Source of the DNA: Giardia intestinalis
Taxonomy: Eukaryota
Reading direction: 5' to 3' (one strand)
Assembly (NCBI GenBank): GCA_000002435.2
Contig: CM018791.1
Length of the DNA stretch: 64,000 bases
In this document: positions 1 through 12,700 of the stretch, one piece after another
Position numbering within the stretch: position 1 is the first letter of the stretch
Layout: the number at the start of each line of letters is the position of its first letter
Notes under the pieces: generated by a model
The model's database searches: none
Told to the model about the DNA's origin: nothing
What the model saw: the letters and a program-made list of their open reading frames with translations, nothing else
Program-made: the position numbers and the translations under genes

Positions 1-186
1 GAGGTCATCATTTACATCATCAACATAGTTATATTTGCTCTTGCCGTAGGAGCTCTGGTGAATGGGACAACCTTCGTTCGGGATCTTAGCATTTCGCTGG
101 GATACATGCTCACTGGCCTGCTCTTCTTGTACCTCATTTTTGTTGCATTGCGGCTCATTAGCAATTGGAGATATGCACGACTGTAG
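1..186 (+). CDS. 3' end (C-terminal about 61 aa) of a multi-pass membrane protein; the gene starts upstream of the window
   Basis: Frame 1 is open from nt 1 to the TAG at 184-186. Translation ...IIYIINIVIFALAVGALVNGTTFVRDLSISLGYMLTGLLFLYLIFVALRLISNWRYARL* contains two hydrophobic helices. The track ORF 12..248(-) is its antisense. Confidence 0.4.
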   Translation, partial: EVIIYIINIVIFALAVGALVNGTTFVRDLSISLGYMLTGLLFLYLIFVALRLISNWRYARL

Positions 187-514
187 CACTGGTCACTGAG
201 CCTGCATCCATGTGAAGTTAGCTTTTCTCGGTCTGGACTACAGATCATGTTTAAACGCTTACGTCGTATAGGAAAACTAACTTATAGATGGTTGAAGACA
301 TACTAAAGCTGACACGTAGAAAGTATTATTGGCCAGCAGATGGCAAGATTGCTTTTGTGCAATTGGTTTGTTGCTTGAATTACTAATACAGACAAGCTAG
401 TACGGGGAATTAGAATTCATTGTAAATGTGGTATAGATTGGTACTATACGGAGTCCAGTGATAGGTGCTTACTGGTGCGGGGAGCCGTGTGGTTAGGGAT
501 AGACAAAAATCTGG

Positions 515-1702
515 ATGACCTCCTTAGCTGCACCACCCGACAAGCTTTCAACATATCTGTCTTTTTATCGTAGAAGAATGTTCGAGGTGAAAGCACTTAT
601 GGAGAGCTTGCAACAAACAATCGAGCAAAAGAAGCAGCGCCTAAACTTCTTGAAGTATCGTCTTCAACAACTCAAGGCTGGCCAACCGCCACTAAAGCAG
701 CTAGAACCCATCGAGTCTATGGTTCTACACCCACGAGGCCGATCGCTGGCTTTTCTCCCGGTGCCCTGCCCTGCATCAATCAAGTGTTATTCAGTGGGGT
801 ATTTGGGTATAGCGTATAACGTGTTTAGAAAACGGTTCGAATCCCCACGTCAGCCGTTTATTGCGCACGCAGGCACTGAGCTGACCCGGATAGTCTTCAC
901 TGATCAAGGCTGGGAGAGACTTCTTCAGCTATCGGCACTGGGTGTTGGTGGCATGGAGAGGGCCCAAGGGAGTGCTGGATCCAGCACGCCAGTCTACCTG
1001 CTACTCCACACTCACTTTAATCGCAACCATACCTTCCGGTGTTATATTATGCCTCCGCGTCAGACACACAGGGTTGGACTGTTTTCGACTCGATCTCCCC
1101 ATCGGATAAACCCACTGGGGCTTTCCATAGTTAAGGTAGAGTCTCTTGATAGTCAGCTGCGCTGTCTGACTGTCGTGGGAAGTGATTTGCTCAATGGCAC
1201 ACCGATTGTCGCCGTCCAGCTGTACAGACAGGATATTCACGATCATCCCACAGCCAGAGCAGGGTGGCTAGATACCGACACCCTGTATCCCTTGTACTAC
1301 GACACCCAGACTACCGTTGGTCGCAGGGCACACGAATCGTTTGTCGCTGAATGGAAACTGACCCCAATACCTTCGGAGCTATGCAAGAAGCTGGACTTTA
1401 TACAGAAGACAACGATAACGGATGTGTACTCAATGGTCTCGGCACATTGCTCGCACCGGCCAATCCTGTCTCGCACTCACAAGCAGAAGGAGGCAAATTC
1501 TGATAATGCAGTCAGCGCGGTACTGGCCATTTCATTGTACCGTGTTAGCTACGTTGTCGATGTGAGCAAACGCCTTGTGACCTTAGTCGACGTTCAGCCA
1601 TCTCTCAAGCGAGAACAAGCAGAAGCGCTCAAAGAGTTTGACCCCGAGGCAGAAGAGGTCTCCTCATTCTTCAAGGAATTCCCTCCGGAGAAAAGCAAGT
1701 AA
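515..1702 (+). CDS. hypothetical protein (395 aa)
   Basis: Long ATG-initiated ORF with the AT-rich initiator tract gacaaaaatctgg just 5' of the ATG. No recognisable domain. Its stop abuts the convergent neighbour. Confidence 0.55.
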   Translation: MTSLAAPPDKLSTYLSFYRRRMFEVKALMESLQQTIEQKKQRLNFLKYRLQQLKAGQPPLKQLEPIESMVLHPRGRSLAFLPVPCPASIKCYSVGYLGIAYNVFRKRFESPRQPFIAHAGTELTRIVFTDQGWERLLQLSALGVGGMERAQGSAGSSTPVYLLLHTHFNRNHTFRCYIMPPRQTHRVGLFSTRSPHRINPLGLSIVKVESLDSQLRCLTVVGSDLLNGTPIVAVQLYRQDIHDHPTARAGWLDTDTLYPLYYDTQTTVGRRAHESFVAEWKLTPIPSELCKKLDFIQKTTITDVYSMVSAHCSHRPILSRTHKQKEANSDNAVSAVLAISLYRVSYVVDVSKRLVTLVDVQPSLKREQAEALKEFDPEAEEVSSFFKEFPPEKSK

Positions 1703-1708
1703 TTCACT
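1702..1708 (-). terminator. putative polyadenylation signal AGTGAAT (AGTRAAY class) for the V-ATPase G gene
   Basis: The reverse complement attcact lies 8-14 nt downstream of the minus-strand stop at 1716. It sits inside the last codons of the convergent plus-strand gene. Confidence 0.35.
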
Positions 1709-1715
1709 GTTACTG

Positions 1716-2072
1716 TCACTGTCCCAAAACCACCTTCACAATGAGCTTGGCGGCCTCGTCGATGTGAGAAGATGCATAATTGTTCAGTGCGTTGATTTCC
1801 CTTGTAACACGCTCATCCAGGTCTTTCGATATCTGTACAATCTCTGCGGCATTCTTTGTTTGCAGCTCGACAAGCTTAGCCTCTTCTTGGCGCTGAAATG
1901 CCTCTATCTCCCTGTGGGCTCTATCCTTCGCCTCCTTCACAAGCTGTGCATTTTCTTCCCTCGCCTGGGCGATACGCCTCTTCCCTTGAGTCTCTGTTTC
2001 AAGCAACTTTTTGACCAGCTCTGCGTCCCTGCTCATATTTTGTTTTAAGATTAGAAATTGGTCTTTTGTCAT
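1716..2072 (-). CDS. V-type H+-ATPase subunit G (Vma10/ATP6V1G-like), 118 aa
   Basis: The size and the coiled-coil N-terminus LLETETQGKRRIAQAREENAQLVKEAKDRAHREIEAFQ resemble the subunit-G pattern LLQAEK..A...AR...K.AK.EA..EI. The ATG was checked in the sequence. Confidence 0.5.
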   Translation of the reverse strand: MTKDQFLILKQNMSRDAELVKKLLETETQGKRRIAQAREENAQLVKEAKDRAHREIEAFQRQEEAKLVELQTKNAAEIVQISKDLDERVTREINALNNYASSHIDEAAKLIVKVVLGQ

Positions 2073-2295
2073 GACTGCGATGATATAGACTCTTTCAGCG
2101 TCACTTCATTGTTGAGAAGTAGTACTGAACACAAGGCCCTTATGCAAGACATTTTTACACGATCAATCTGTGGGGGTTTCGATAAAAATGAGCCAAGGAG
2201 AGCGTTAGTCTTGGTCAGAACGTGCCTCTCCTCCTTTTAGGCTGTTCTTCAGCGCATGAACTCAGACATGCAACTTCAGTAAACCTGGTTTTAAA
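2073..2295. promoter_or_regulatory. divergent promoter region between the V-ATPase G (-) and deubiquitinase (+) genes
   Basis: The 223-nt spacer has AT-rich tracts abutting both ATGs (…aattggtcttttgtcATG on the minus strand; …ggttttaaaATG on the plus strand). Confidence 0.35.
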
Positions 2296-3675
2296 ATGTC
2301 TAATGACAGTGTACCCATCACGCTCCAGGTTTTCTTCAACGGGTCTCCTTATACAGTGACTGTCAATGCACAAGACAACGTATCGGCTGTATGTGCAGCG
2401 ATATCTCCACTTGTAGGTATCAATCCAAATGCCCTCTGTATTTTATCGGAGACATGGGTGGGGGCTCTTCAGCATGACATACCACTCACATATTTCCATG
2501 TGCAGAACGGTACTAAGATATACTGCTTTGGGTCCAACGAGGTTGCTGCAGTAACGCGTGCTGAGGTGAACGGGACGATAGACGATTTAGATGGCGACGG
2601 TGCGCTCAAGGAAGAGATCTTGGCCTCTGGAATTGAAAATGTAGGCAACACATGCTTCTTTGGAGCAGCTCTACAGTGTCTGTTCAGGTGCACGGTTCTT
2701 CGCACGGTTCTCCTTTATATGCTTCCAGCTAGAGCGCTCGAGCACTGCGATTTGTTTGTCCGTGCACTGTCTTCCGCTTTTCAGACACTAGATAAGAAGC
2801 AAACTGCTGTCAATCCTAAGGAGCTTTTAACTCTCTTTGGCACACTACACCCGTCTCTGATTAAGCCACAGCTAAATGGATATGCTATGCAAGACGCCCA
2901 GGAGACTCTAAGCCAGGTTCTCAACGACCTTTCCCTAGCACTCCCAGTGAGCTCTCTTGGAGTTATGAACACTGCAGGATATTTAGCCAAAGACTACCTG
3001 GAGCTTCGTAACGCAATGCTGAGCTCTCTAGAGGATGGGGGCTCTGAAAATAGCGTTGTGGACTGCCTGTTCAACATGAAAGTAGAATACCACACGGATG
3101 AAATTGGACAGAAGCCTGTGTCGACTGATTCAAAGTACTTTCTAGGTATAAACCTCACTGACAAGTGCTACTCTTTGTTGGATCAGCTTGACAAGGAGAT
3201 GGGGGAGGAGGAGATCATCATTAACGGAGAGCAACACAAGCGTATTTCAAGGTTCAACTTTCTGCCGCCATACCTCTTCGTCGTTATCAACCGTTTTCTT
3301 TGGGAAGAGCAGGCTCAGCGAAGACTCAAAATTAATCGGCGCTTCACCTTCCCCTTTGCCGTAGATCTTTATAGGTATTGTAGTGCAGGTCTTCAGACAA
3401 GCTTAGATAGCCTTGCTGCCGAAAGAGAAGATGCACCTGCCTCCACCGTCGGATCAGCAAACTATGTCCTGGTCTCTGTCATAGCACACCACGGACTTGG
3501 TGCAGAAAGTGGCCATTATATTACGTTCTCGCGCATAAAGGATAACTTATGGGTTAAGCTGAACGACGCTAGTGTTACCGAAGTCACTACTGAAGATATT
3601 GAAGCTCTTGCGGGAGGCTCACCAACGTTTGTAGCATACGTACTTTTGTATGAGTACACGGCTATTGGGCTCTAA
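2296..3675 (+). CDS. ubiquitin carboxyl-terminal hydrolase, USP14/Ubp6-like (N-terminal ubiquitin-like domain plus USP domain)
   Basis: Cys box GIENVGNTCFFGAALQCL and His box YVLVSVIAHHGLGAESGHYITF are present. The N-terminal roughly 80 aa (ITLQVFFNGSPYTVTV...VQNGTKIYCFGS) matches the UBL pattern of USP14. An AT-rich tract ttttaaaATG precedes the start. Confidence 0.8.
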   Translation: MSNDSVPITLQVFFNGSPYTVTVNAQDNVSAVCAAISPLVGINPNALCILSETWVGALQHDIPLTYFHVQNGTKIYCFGSNEVAAVTRAEVNGTIDDLDGDGALKEEILASGIENVGNTCFFGAALQCLFRCTVLRTVLLYMLPARALEHCDLFVRALSSAFQTLDKKQTAVNPKELLTLFGTLHPSLIKPQLNGYAMQDAQETLSQVLNDLSLALPVSSLGVMNTAGYLAKDYLELRNAMLSSLEDGGSENSVVDCLFNMKVEYHTDEIGQKPVSTDSKYFLGINLTDKCYSLLDQLDKEMGEEEIIINGEQHKRISRFNFLPPYLFVVINRFLWEEQAQRRLKINRRFTFPFAVDLYRYCSAGLQTSLDSLAAEREDAPASTVGSANYVLVSVIAHHGLGAESGHYITFSRIKDNLWVKLNDASVTEVTTEDIEALAGGSPTFVAYVLLYEYTAIGL

Positions 3676-3717
3676 TTAAGATGCGAAGCTCTTACCCTTG
3701 ACTACAATTGGCGCACA

Positions 3718-3724
3718 GTAAACA
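3718..3724 (+). terminator. putative polyadenylation signal AGTAAAC downstream of the deubiquitinase gene
   Basis: AGTAAAC lies about 43 nt after the stop at 3675 and is followed by an A-rich tract. Confidence 0.3.
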
Positions 3725-3787
3725 TTAAAGATATCCCTGTGAGCCTCCGGAAAAAAGAAAGTCACGAGAAGGGCCCGGCATTAAGCG

Positions 3788-6700
3788 ATGGTGGTTTTTG
3801 CGGGACCCTTATCGGACTTGACTGTTATCTTTATCTCTCTTAGCGCCGTTCTACTATTTGGAGCCACTATTTACGCCTTGTACTTTATAATCCCCATTTT
3901 GTTGGCGAAGCTTATCCAAGCCATAGCAAATGTATACTTTCGTCTTTATACAAAAGGGTATCGAAAAGCCCGTGTACATGTCTCTTATTTTCGGTTGGGT
4001 CTTTTCATGCGTCGAATACACTTGCAGAGCGTTTACTTCTCAACAGCAGAGTACACTATATTCGTGGGAGATGTGCACCTTCACTTTTCTCTTCTCCGCA
4101 GGTCTGGTTTTCTCAGCAAGGTCCTCCAGGAACACATCATCAAATCGCAGACTAAAGATGCCCACAGCTTAACATTTCCTCTTTTCCCAGCGATGGTGCA
4201 CGTCACAGGGATCGATATACACCTGTACAGCCGAAAGCCCCTGCCCTATACGCCAACAGAGGAAGGTCTGCGACGATATATGGAGGAATACCAAAGCAAG
4301 CTAGCAAACGCAGCTGCACAGCGTAAGCTTCCTTTCTTCTTTAGAGTTTTTGGGCCTGTCAATTTGGATATTAGGGGTATACGTCTGGTACTGAGCAATC
4401 CATACCTTCGATGCGGTGTACGGGCTACAATTGGTTCAGCAAACGGAGTGCTTGGTGTCCACCAGGAAGCTGAGCTCTTCACATTCTATACATCTTACCT
4501 TGATCTCAAACTTCATAGCTTTAACGTTAATTTTATCGAAAATGAATTTTACAATCCAATCTTTGATCACAAGCGTCAGAACTTCTTTGAGAAAAAATCA
4601 TGCCTACCACTGTACAGTGGAAAGAACTCTTTGTCAGTTTCGATTCTATCTTCTCCGGTATCTCGCTTAACAGTCACCACAACCTCTGATCTTTCAAAGG
4701 TTTCTTTTCGACCTGGCCTTCACTCTTCCCAAGATAGGTCAGAAATCTACGATAAGTCGTTTCCCGAAGGAATTGTGTCCATCCGTTTGATTGATCCAAA
4801 AATAACCTATTCACCATGGCTTGAGCGGGAGAGGAGACGAGTCTTTTTGTCATTCTTTCCTGAGACATTTTTGCCCCGTCAGGTGTGGCCTCTTCCGTCC
4901 AACGAGGAGCTATTTTTTAGACCCACGTTAAACTACAAGATTTCCGTGATATTTGATACGCCAGGCACAATTCAGTATTGGTATCGTAATACAGATCAAC
5001 CGTATGATCCAGTGAAACATGACATTATACTGGCGTGGAAGAGGGCTCAGATGGAGTCGGCTAGGGTCTCTCAGCAGCTGCATGAATTCAAGGCCAACAG
5101 TACGATTAGTTGTGATAACAATACTTATACTGCTCAGTCCATTGTTGGTGATAGTGTGATAAATCAGGGTACTGTGCCAACTGGAGGTGCCACCAGCATG
5201 GACGATGGAGACTGCACGGAGTGTAGTACGGCGTATTCTATGTGCCCTATTACCACTTCTCCGATTAACTCTCCAGTAGAAGAAGCTCATGCTTTACTAA
5301 GCGGAAACTATTCAGCATCTGTGGCTCAGCTCCAGCCGGCACATAGTCGCAAAGGGTCCAATCTCTCTTCTCATGTGCGGATGACATCTTCCACCACATC
5401 CAAAGTTGTTCTAGATAGCATTGCAGGACTATCAAAGCGTCTTCGTACGAATATACAAGGGTCTCCCTTAATAGGGAGCGCTGTAGATGACTTTGAGGCT
5501 TTAGCGCACCGTAATAACCAGTTTCAAAGTGTTGCTAATCTGCAAACGGCCGTTTTCAACGACGACTTATTTGCTCAGTTTAACGTGGACTCAAGCACGC
5601 TTCAAATGGACAACTTTGAGGAACCCACGTGTAATCCTCAAAGCTCCAAGGACGAAGACCAGGCGCCTGAAGCTCAGACCCTTAGGCGGCCTCGCACACT
5701 ATGGTCCAATGTGTTTGGCAATACTATTCCTTTTGTTAATAGATTTATTCGATCCTCAACCTCTAAAGGTGAGCAGGAGTTCAATATCTTTGATAGCTCT
5801 GCTGGGGACAAAGATGCTACCAGTGCAGCACCTCCGCCCACCGTAGGAGCATATACATCCCCCCACGAAGGTATCTCCTTTACTTGCTCTACTGGCACCG
5901 TTATTCTTCTAAAGATGCCCGTCTTTTCGTACTTTCCTACGCGCACTAAAAAGATCAGCGCTTTCATACCTCATGTTTCAGCCAAGACAACGGTCATTGG
6001 GCAAGAATTTTTTGTCGCAGAGAACATCTCCTTTGTCTGGGATGAGCTTACGACAGGTACAGAGTATTCCGCTCCGACTAAGTGGAATGTCGGCTTTTTT
6101 GCAGAGAATCTTCGAGCGGAGCTAACTGGGGCTATAATTTCTCAGATTACGCACTTGCTTGGAGACCTCACAGAAGATGACAAGGACCTCCTTTCCTATT
6201 ATCGTAAGTCCCTTATTCCACTGATCGACAATAACACTGTTATCCTGGCACACGAGTTCCCTATAAGGGATAGGGCATATAACGTTTATTGCAATGCACC
6301 ACCAAACCGTCTGCAGACCATGAGGGAGGTCCAGTATTCCAAGACAAAGCGCTTTATCCCTGTAGAGATGGACTTTACCATCCGTGTAGTCAACTATGAG
6401 ATTGGTGTTGCCACAGCTGTCGACAACGTCTGCTCGTCATTACACCATCTCTCTGCGGTACAGCCTGTTCAGGATTTCCTCGTTCATAAATATTCTGTCG
6501 CGTATCACCGCTTATACTGTCAACACAAGATGTTAGCCGAGCATGACTTCAAGGAACTTCGACTGGTGTCTGCCCACCACTATGTTTACCATAATAATCC
6601 GTTTCTAAATATGTTCTGGCGCCTGCCTCTAGTTATTGGCGCCTCAAATCGTAGCATCTACTGTCTGCTCGATCTTACCATAGATGTCATCAACAATGAC

Positions 6701-9700
6701 TATGAGCAGGTGGCCAATATGCTTCATAAGGGAGATCCCATATCGAAGGATGTCCGTCCAAACCTTGTCTGGCTCAACACGCCATACAATGTGGCAGCAT
6801 CTTCGACTACTCGAAAGCGGCGATGCACATGTCTGCGGAGCAGGAAGAAAGGTCTGCGTACATTACCGCCGGTATCTGGGATAACACAGGAAACTGACAA
6901 TCTTCTTCCGTTAAAAGAAGGCTACACTCATTCGCGCTATCAGAGTACACACGGTTACGAGATTCTTGAGTCTAATACTAAGTCAGGGAAGAAAGGATCT
7001 AAATCCTACGATGAACTAAGTCTCGTTCCAGCATCTGTGCATTCTGGAACAAAATTGAGCTCTCTGCATGTACTACAGTTGCCACATACTGCGTCTTGGG
7101 ACACTCTAGGGACGTCCTCAACTAGTCTTCAACAGACTCCATATCCATGCACTGTTGACGAGTTTCTCAAGGCCTTTCTTTATGAAAGCCCAGATGCCAT
7201 AGATCATTGTGACCATAGAATAGAGCTTTTGAGAATAGCAAACGGCAAGAAGCATGCTAATTCCAACCCACTCACATATGAAGAGTATCTGTCATTGCTA
7301 ACATATTCTCCGCCAACTCATTCACGCCTCTTGTTTGCTGGTGTAGACCTGTCCTGCGGAATTGCCGTCCCACGCTTGCATAATCTCAATGCCTGTATTG
7401 ATGGAGGCACGGATGCCAAGGCACAGTTATACACCGTCCTAGATGTCAAATTGATCTTGAAAATGGCGTCGATCTATGTGGCTTGCACATCCACAAGCAG
7501 GCAGAGCGCCTTTCTTAAGAGGCTATATTCAGCGAAGAAGACTACTAACAAATCATTAACATCTCCTTTTGCTTCTGGCCCGTTACCCCGTACAGAACTT
7601 CGCATAGGAATGACACGAGATCTTGTTTTAGATGCACACTTGGATACACGTGTCACAAGCTTTCTAAAAGAATCGGTACAGACACCACCATCTCAGATCA
7701 TTGACTCGTCAGTTTCTCCAAGCCTATCATACCCACAGGATAATAACCTGTCTCTCCAAATCAACGTAGCTCGGCCGGAGCTTCTTGTTAGCGGTTCAGT
7801 AATAGCCATATTTATGCATTTCCTGGAGAATCTGTTTTTGGCCCAAAGGTTTCCAATCTCTGATGCAGACTATATTATTATGCCCTTTAATTTACACTTT
7901 AAGAATCAACTTGCAAGAGCCTATGAGTCATATTATCTTTACCATCGCTTGAAAGCAAGCTATGCTAACGACCTATGGCTCGACTCAATTAAGCGTGCTG
8001 TCAAAGATAGTCCAGAAGTTGATCCCGTGGAGCGCCTCACAGATAGAGACATACTGATCAGATTGTCACACGAGTTTGTGCTAAGTGATCAAATGACGTA
8101 CTCGGATGTTATCTATCCTGTATCTAAGGCAGCCACTCTTTACCAACGATTCTCGCATTATATCACGTCTATGCGGCTCTTTTTAACTATCTATGCAGAT
8201 AGACCCATTGTATCAGTTACTGTTCACGAGTTTGCCGAGCTGCCACGTAGATTTTCATTTGCATATAACGATTTAAACACGGATTATAACAGACTCTTTA
8301 CTACGTCTCTCTCTGATCCACGGGGACTTATTACGTTCCACACACAAAAGCTGACATTTGCAATCGTCTCTTCCCGGTCTGTCACAACCCTCTCTGTCAG
8401 CACAACTCCGCTCCGAGGAGGATACCTGTCTCATGCACACTCTACTATCACTACAGGAGGCTTCGATATGCACGTCACTATGCCAAAAACACAGGACAGC
8501 ATCTACCCCTTGCCCACCAGAACGGCCTACTCAATGACCTTGAGCGCCCTCAAATTGTCTGCCTATCCTGAGTTCGTTGGGGTTCTTACCATGTTGATAA
8601 GGAACTTCTGTGTAACGTTTTTGGCTCCGTCATTTAATCACCTTCCTGCGTCATTCGTTGATCATAGTGCGGTCGGCAGTGATCATGAAAGTGCAGCTGA
8701 CGTAGATCATGGTAAGGTTTATGATAGAATTAGGCAGATGATAGCAGAGCGTATGCAGAAGGATTTAGAGCTTCTCACCAACAAATCGAATTTCTTGTTG
8801 CTTTGCAATTATCTCGAGGACTTGAACGACAGTGATCACACGGCGGTTTTGCACAGACTGTACACGAGGGGACCGTCAGCCACGCAAGCAAGACTAGATC
8901 AGGACTCATTTCTCTTAGATACAAGGACAGACTCATCGGGAAATCCCACTCAGAATAATAAGACAACCAACCGTCCTGATCTCACTTGCTCTGCCATATC
9001 ATCCTCCTCATTACCACTAGATAGTGTCATGTATGCACGCTGTCCAGACCGACTTCGCTATCTGCTCTTCTACAATGGATCTAATTGGTGCTTGACTGCG
9101 ACTCAAGTGGTCTCCTTTGACATATCTATTGGTCAATTTGATTGCTCATTGATTCACACTTTCTCGTCTAATTCTGCTTGCTCTACTCCTACGTCCCTGG
9201 TAGCCTCAGTTATCTCTAAGCGTGGGGTTGCTTGTTACATTAATAACCATGCACTAAAGGACAACACGCGGCTCCTTCTCAGATGCACTGTACCAGACAT
9301 CATTTTACGATTACGCGATCCTTTTTCCCAATCCACCTCTGTAGCTCTAAAGACAGCGGTGAACATAGTGGTGCATCAGACAGGGGACAACGCTGTCGGC
9401 AAGGCTGTCCAGTTGCTCTACTATGAACACCATAAGCATCTCCTCAGCACATTACTGTCTGGCCCTCGAGCGCAGACATCGGTGACGTCCATTCCGACCA
9501 TTGTAGTTTCACATGATAACGAGCTAACTTGCGCTAGTAGGCCCAAACCAATTTCGGGTTCACAAGAAGGTGTCCTGCCTGTGTTCAAGTCAACTACAAA
9601 TTACTGTCACCATGCCCCTGCATGCACCGCGACAGAATTCACTAGGCCTAGCTCTTTGAAGGCTTCGCCGGCAGAACAGTATCCATTACCTGCTGAATTA

Positions 9701-12700
9701 GAAGATCTTCTTCGAAAGGAGAAAGGAGACAACGCGCTGAATGATACTGTCCTACGCCGTGCTATGTATTTGCAATTCGTAGCACCCGGGACGACTCATT
9801 CCCAAAAACGCTTTTCAAGACAGCGAACTTCTGTCAAAACGGCTTCTGCATCGAGCATAACGCTTTACAGTACAGAGACAGACACTTACAACGAGGGAGG
9901 CCCTGATCTGGCTCAAGGAAGCACACGTCTTTCTAGAACTATGATAGCGACCAATGTTACCGATGACTTCTCCCTGTATAGCACTGAGACAACAGTACCA
10001 AGTGTGCAAGGAAAGGCAGACAGTACAGACCAAGCTAGTTATGATGAAACTAGTGATAGCATACTTCTTCCGGATGAGTCCCCATCCAGAGCATTTGTCA
10101 ATAAGACTAAAGAGTCTCTCTGGCAGCGTCAAGCACAGAAGACTGACAATACCGAGCCTTCCTGTCCCCCACCCGTTTCTGTGGATAAGCTCGCAGGAAT
10201 AGAAGAGGAACCATTTCCATTTCTCATTCCAGCCCATCTATTTCATAGCATACTTGATCACCGAATGGTTGCTGTCTACACCAGTGCCTTCTCCTCCTTT
10301 TCTCAGGATAGTCATGCGCCCTCAGGACTAACTCTTCGACCAAAATCTGGCCCCTATATGAGTGTGGATAGAGGGCCCCATCAATCTAAACCTGTTTATA
10401 ACCCAACAAACTTACCTGTGGACATGCATATTCCAACCTCAGGACCTGCTGCCGTTAGTGTTTCAATAACTGTTGAGGGACTGCGAACTTATATCAAGCC
10501 AGAGGGAATCTATGGTGCACTCTTGCTTGTTAGTCAGATACTCAGTCCAGACTTCACGGTAGTAGCCAATGCATATACATTTTTAACCGCAGAATCGAAC
10601 AAGTGTATGCTTGACGTCAAAAACATTTACTTATGCGAAACGATGCTGCGAACCTGTTACTATGCGCATCTTAAGCAGTTTATAGCTGAGCAAAAGCCGT
10701 CCCGATTTCAATACATTTCTAATTTAATGTACTCACAAGGGCAATTGGATTTATCTCAGACAGGAAAGAAGGATGGACAGGAGATGAAAAGCAATTTAAC
10801 TCCGCCAGAACACAAACAAGATAGAAAGGATAAGGAAGACAACTTAGACAGGATATGTGCTTTCATCACTCTTATAGCTTCGCAGTCACAGCTTCTTTCG
10901 TCCCTGAGCATGTCCCATTTTGGACGAGCTACCCATCATCAGCTAGAAACGACACTCATGCAGATGGATGGAACGGCAACACACTGGTATCTCCTCTTTG
11001 CGCCACAAGTAGAGCAATATAAACTTACTAGTAAGGAGATGATAACACTCGAGGTTTTCCTGAAAGATGCTGAGGTAGTTGCACTGGCAGACGGCCTCCG
11101 GACCAGCGTTACCCTGCGGATGAGTCAGCTATCTTCAGCGTTTGCGCTCAGCAATAAGATCTATTCATTTAATAACCGTGCCTACAAAATGTTTTGCCGT
11201 CTATCCGACAGATTCTGTCCACAAACCAATATGAACAAATTCCGGATACAGACAGGGGCGCTTCTATCTCTTAAAGCTAACAACCTTACTCTTGAGACCA
11301 TTAGAGGAGCGCTCTGTACCATCCAGGGTGTATCTCTTAAGCTAAATTGCGGAATCTTCTTCTCCCAAGGAAATAGGGCTGCTTCTACTGGATCACGGTC
11401 GTCAAGTCTTTATTTGAACACCAAGAAAAACCCCATGAAGATTGATGTTGCAACTATGCGTACAGATAGGAGTGCCAAGATAGACACTGATAGTGTGCAA
11501 ACCGCTCACCGCCTGTATTCTCATACATCCACAGAAGCTACAGAGACAACCGATAAAAGCGCCACCTCTCAGAAGGGCATGGATGCGTTCCTCAAGATGC
11601 TTCTGAATACACTCTGTGTCGAGGCAAACACCGTTACTCTCAATATTCCTATTATGCTTCTGCAGCCGCTTGTCATCTTACTTGCTCACTACGTGGGGTC
11701 TTTCCAGAGGGGGATGGAAGCTATTGTCTTATCAACTGTAATAGCACAGCTAAGCAAGTACATACTTCTCCGGACATTTGTCCCTCAGAGACACCTTGTT
11801 TGGCATGCGCTGAAGCCAACATCCGACATGACTGAGAGTAAGAGCAATCTCGCCTCCAACTTGTATCCCGAGCAATCTAACGCCCACCTAAACAGTTTGC
11901 TTGTAATTCTCAGTCAGAGGGACACAAACGCTAGCTTTGAGGCAATCAGCAAGTCCATCTTCAGCTCCTTTTGCAAGGATCTTAGTAAGGACCCTCTTGT
12001 CAGCCTTGGGTCGCGGGTTATTCGTTGGATGAAGCGCGCAGACTGCAGACATAGGGACGCCGAAGGCGGCAGTCAGTCACTGGGCTCCAAACTAGAGTTC
12101 TCCATTCAGAGCATTTGTCAGAGCCAAAAGTCGTCGTTACCTGTTTACAAGATTAAGATAGACGCTGGTCTTAAGCTGTCTCCTCTTCGTTCTGATGCTA
12201 TTCTCTTTTTGGCTTTGTCCTTGAAGGAGTATAGCGATACACTTTCGTTCTCAAAGGATAGTGTGCCAAAACAGATGATCTTTTGGCAAAGCCCCCATTT
12301 TGAAGCCTTTCGTGTCCCAAAGGAGCCTGTCATACTTTATCTAAACTATATAACTAGACATCTGCTCTTCAACTTCTGGGGTGCAAAGGCACAGGCAGCA
12401 TTGGCTAACTTGCAACAAGGAGCAGGTGAGCCTGTGACGGTTAAGCATATGGTGCAGTTAAGTCTTAGCTTGCACGACGAATTTGCAATTCAAGCGACTA
12501 GTTCTACACACCTTCCGTTTCTTACTGCCTCTGCTTCTAGCCCCCCATGCTTCAAAGCCAGCGTACTAAAGCCAAAGCTACAACTTAGTATCAATGAACG
12601 CCTGTCAGTCACATTAGCATACAAGTCCTTGAACGCCTCATTTAGTCTTCCACTGTTTCTTCTTGCTAATGTATGTAGGTTAAACTCCGCATTTTATGCC

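Noticed and set aside
12-248. 78-aa minus-strand ORF at the window start
   Set aside because: It is antisense to a plus-strand frame that is open from nt 1 to the TAG at 184-186 and encodes a plausible two-helix membrane-protein C-terminus. The minus ORF has no features of its own.
834-844. Perfect tRNA B-box-like 11-mer GGTTCGAATCC
   Set aside because: Flanking bases cannot form a T-stem, since aacGG/CCcca gives only 2 bp. No A-box, D-arm or acceptor pairing is present. It lies in frame (K R F E S P R Q) inside the 515..1702 ORF, so it is most likely coincidental.
1638-2048. 136-aa plus-strand ORF overlapping the V-ATPase subunit G gene
   Set aside because: It is entirely antisense to a better-supported conserved gene, and its translation is Cys/Leu-rich low complexity. 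It is a typical shadow ORF.
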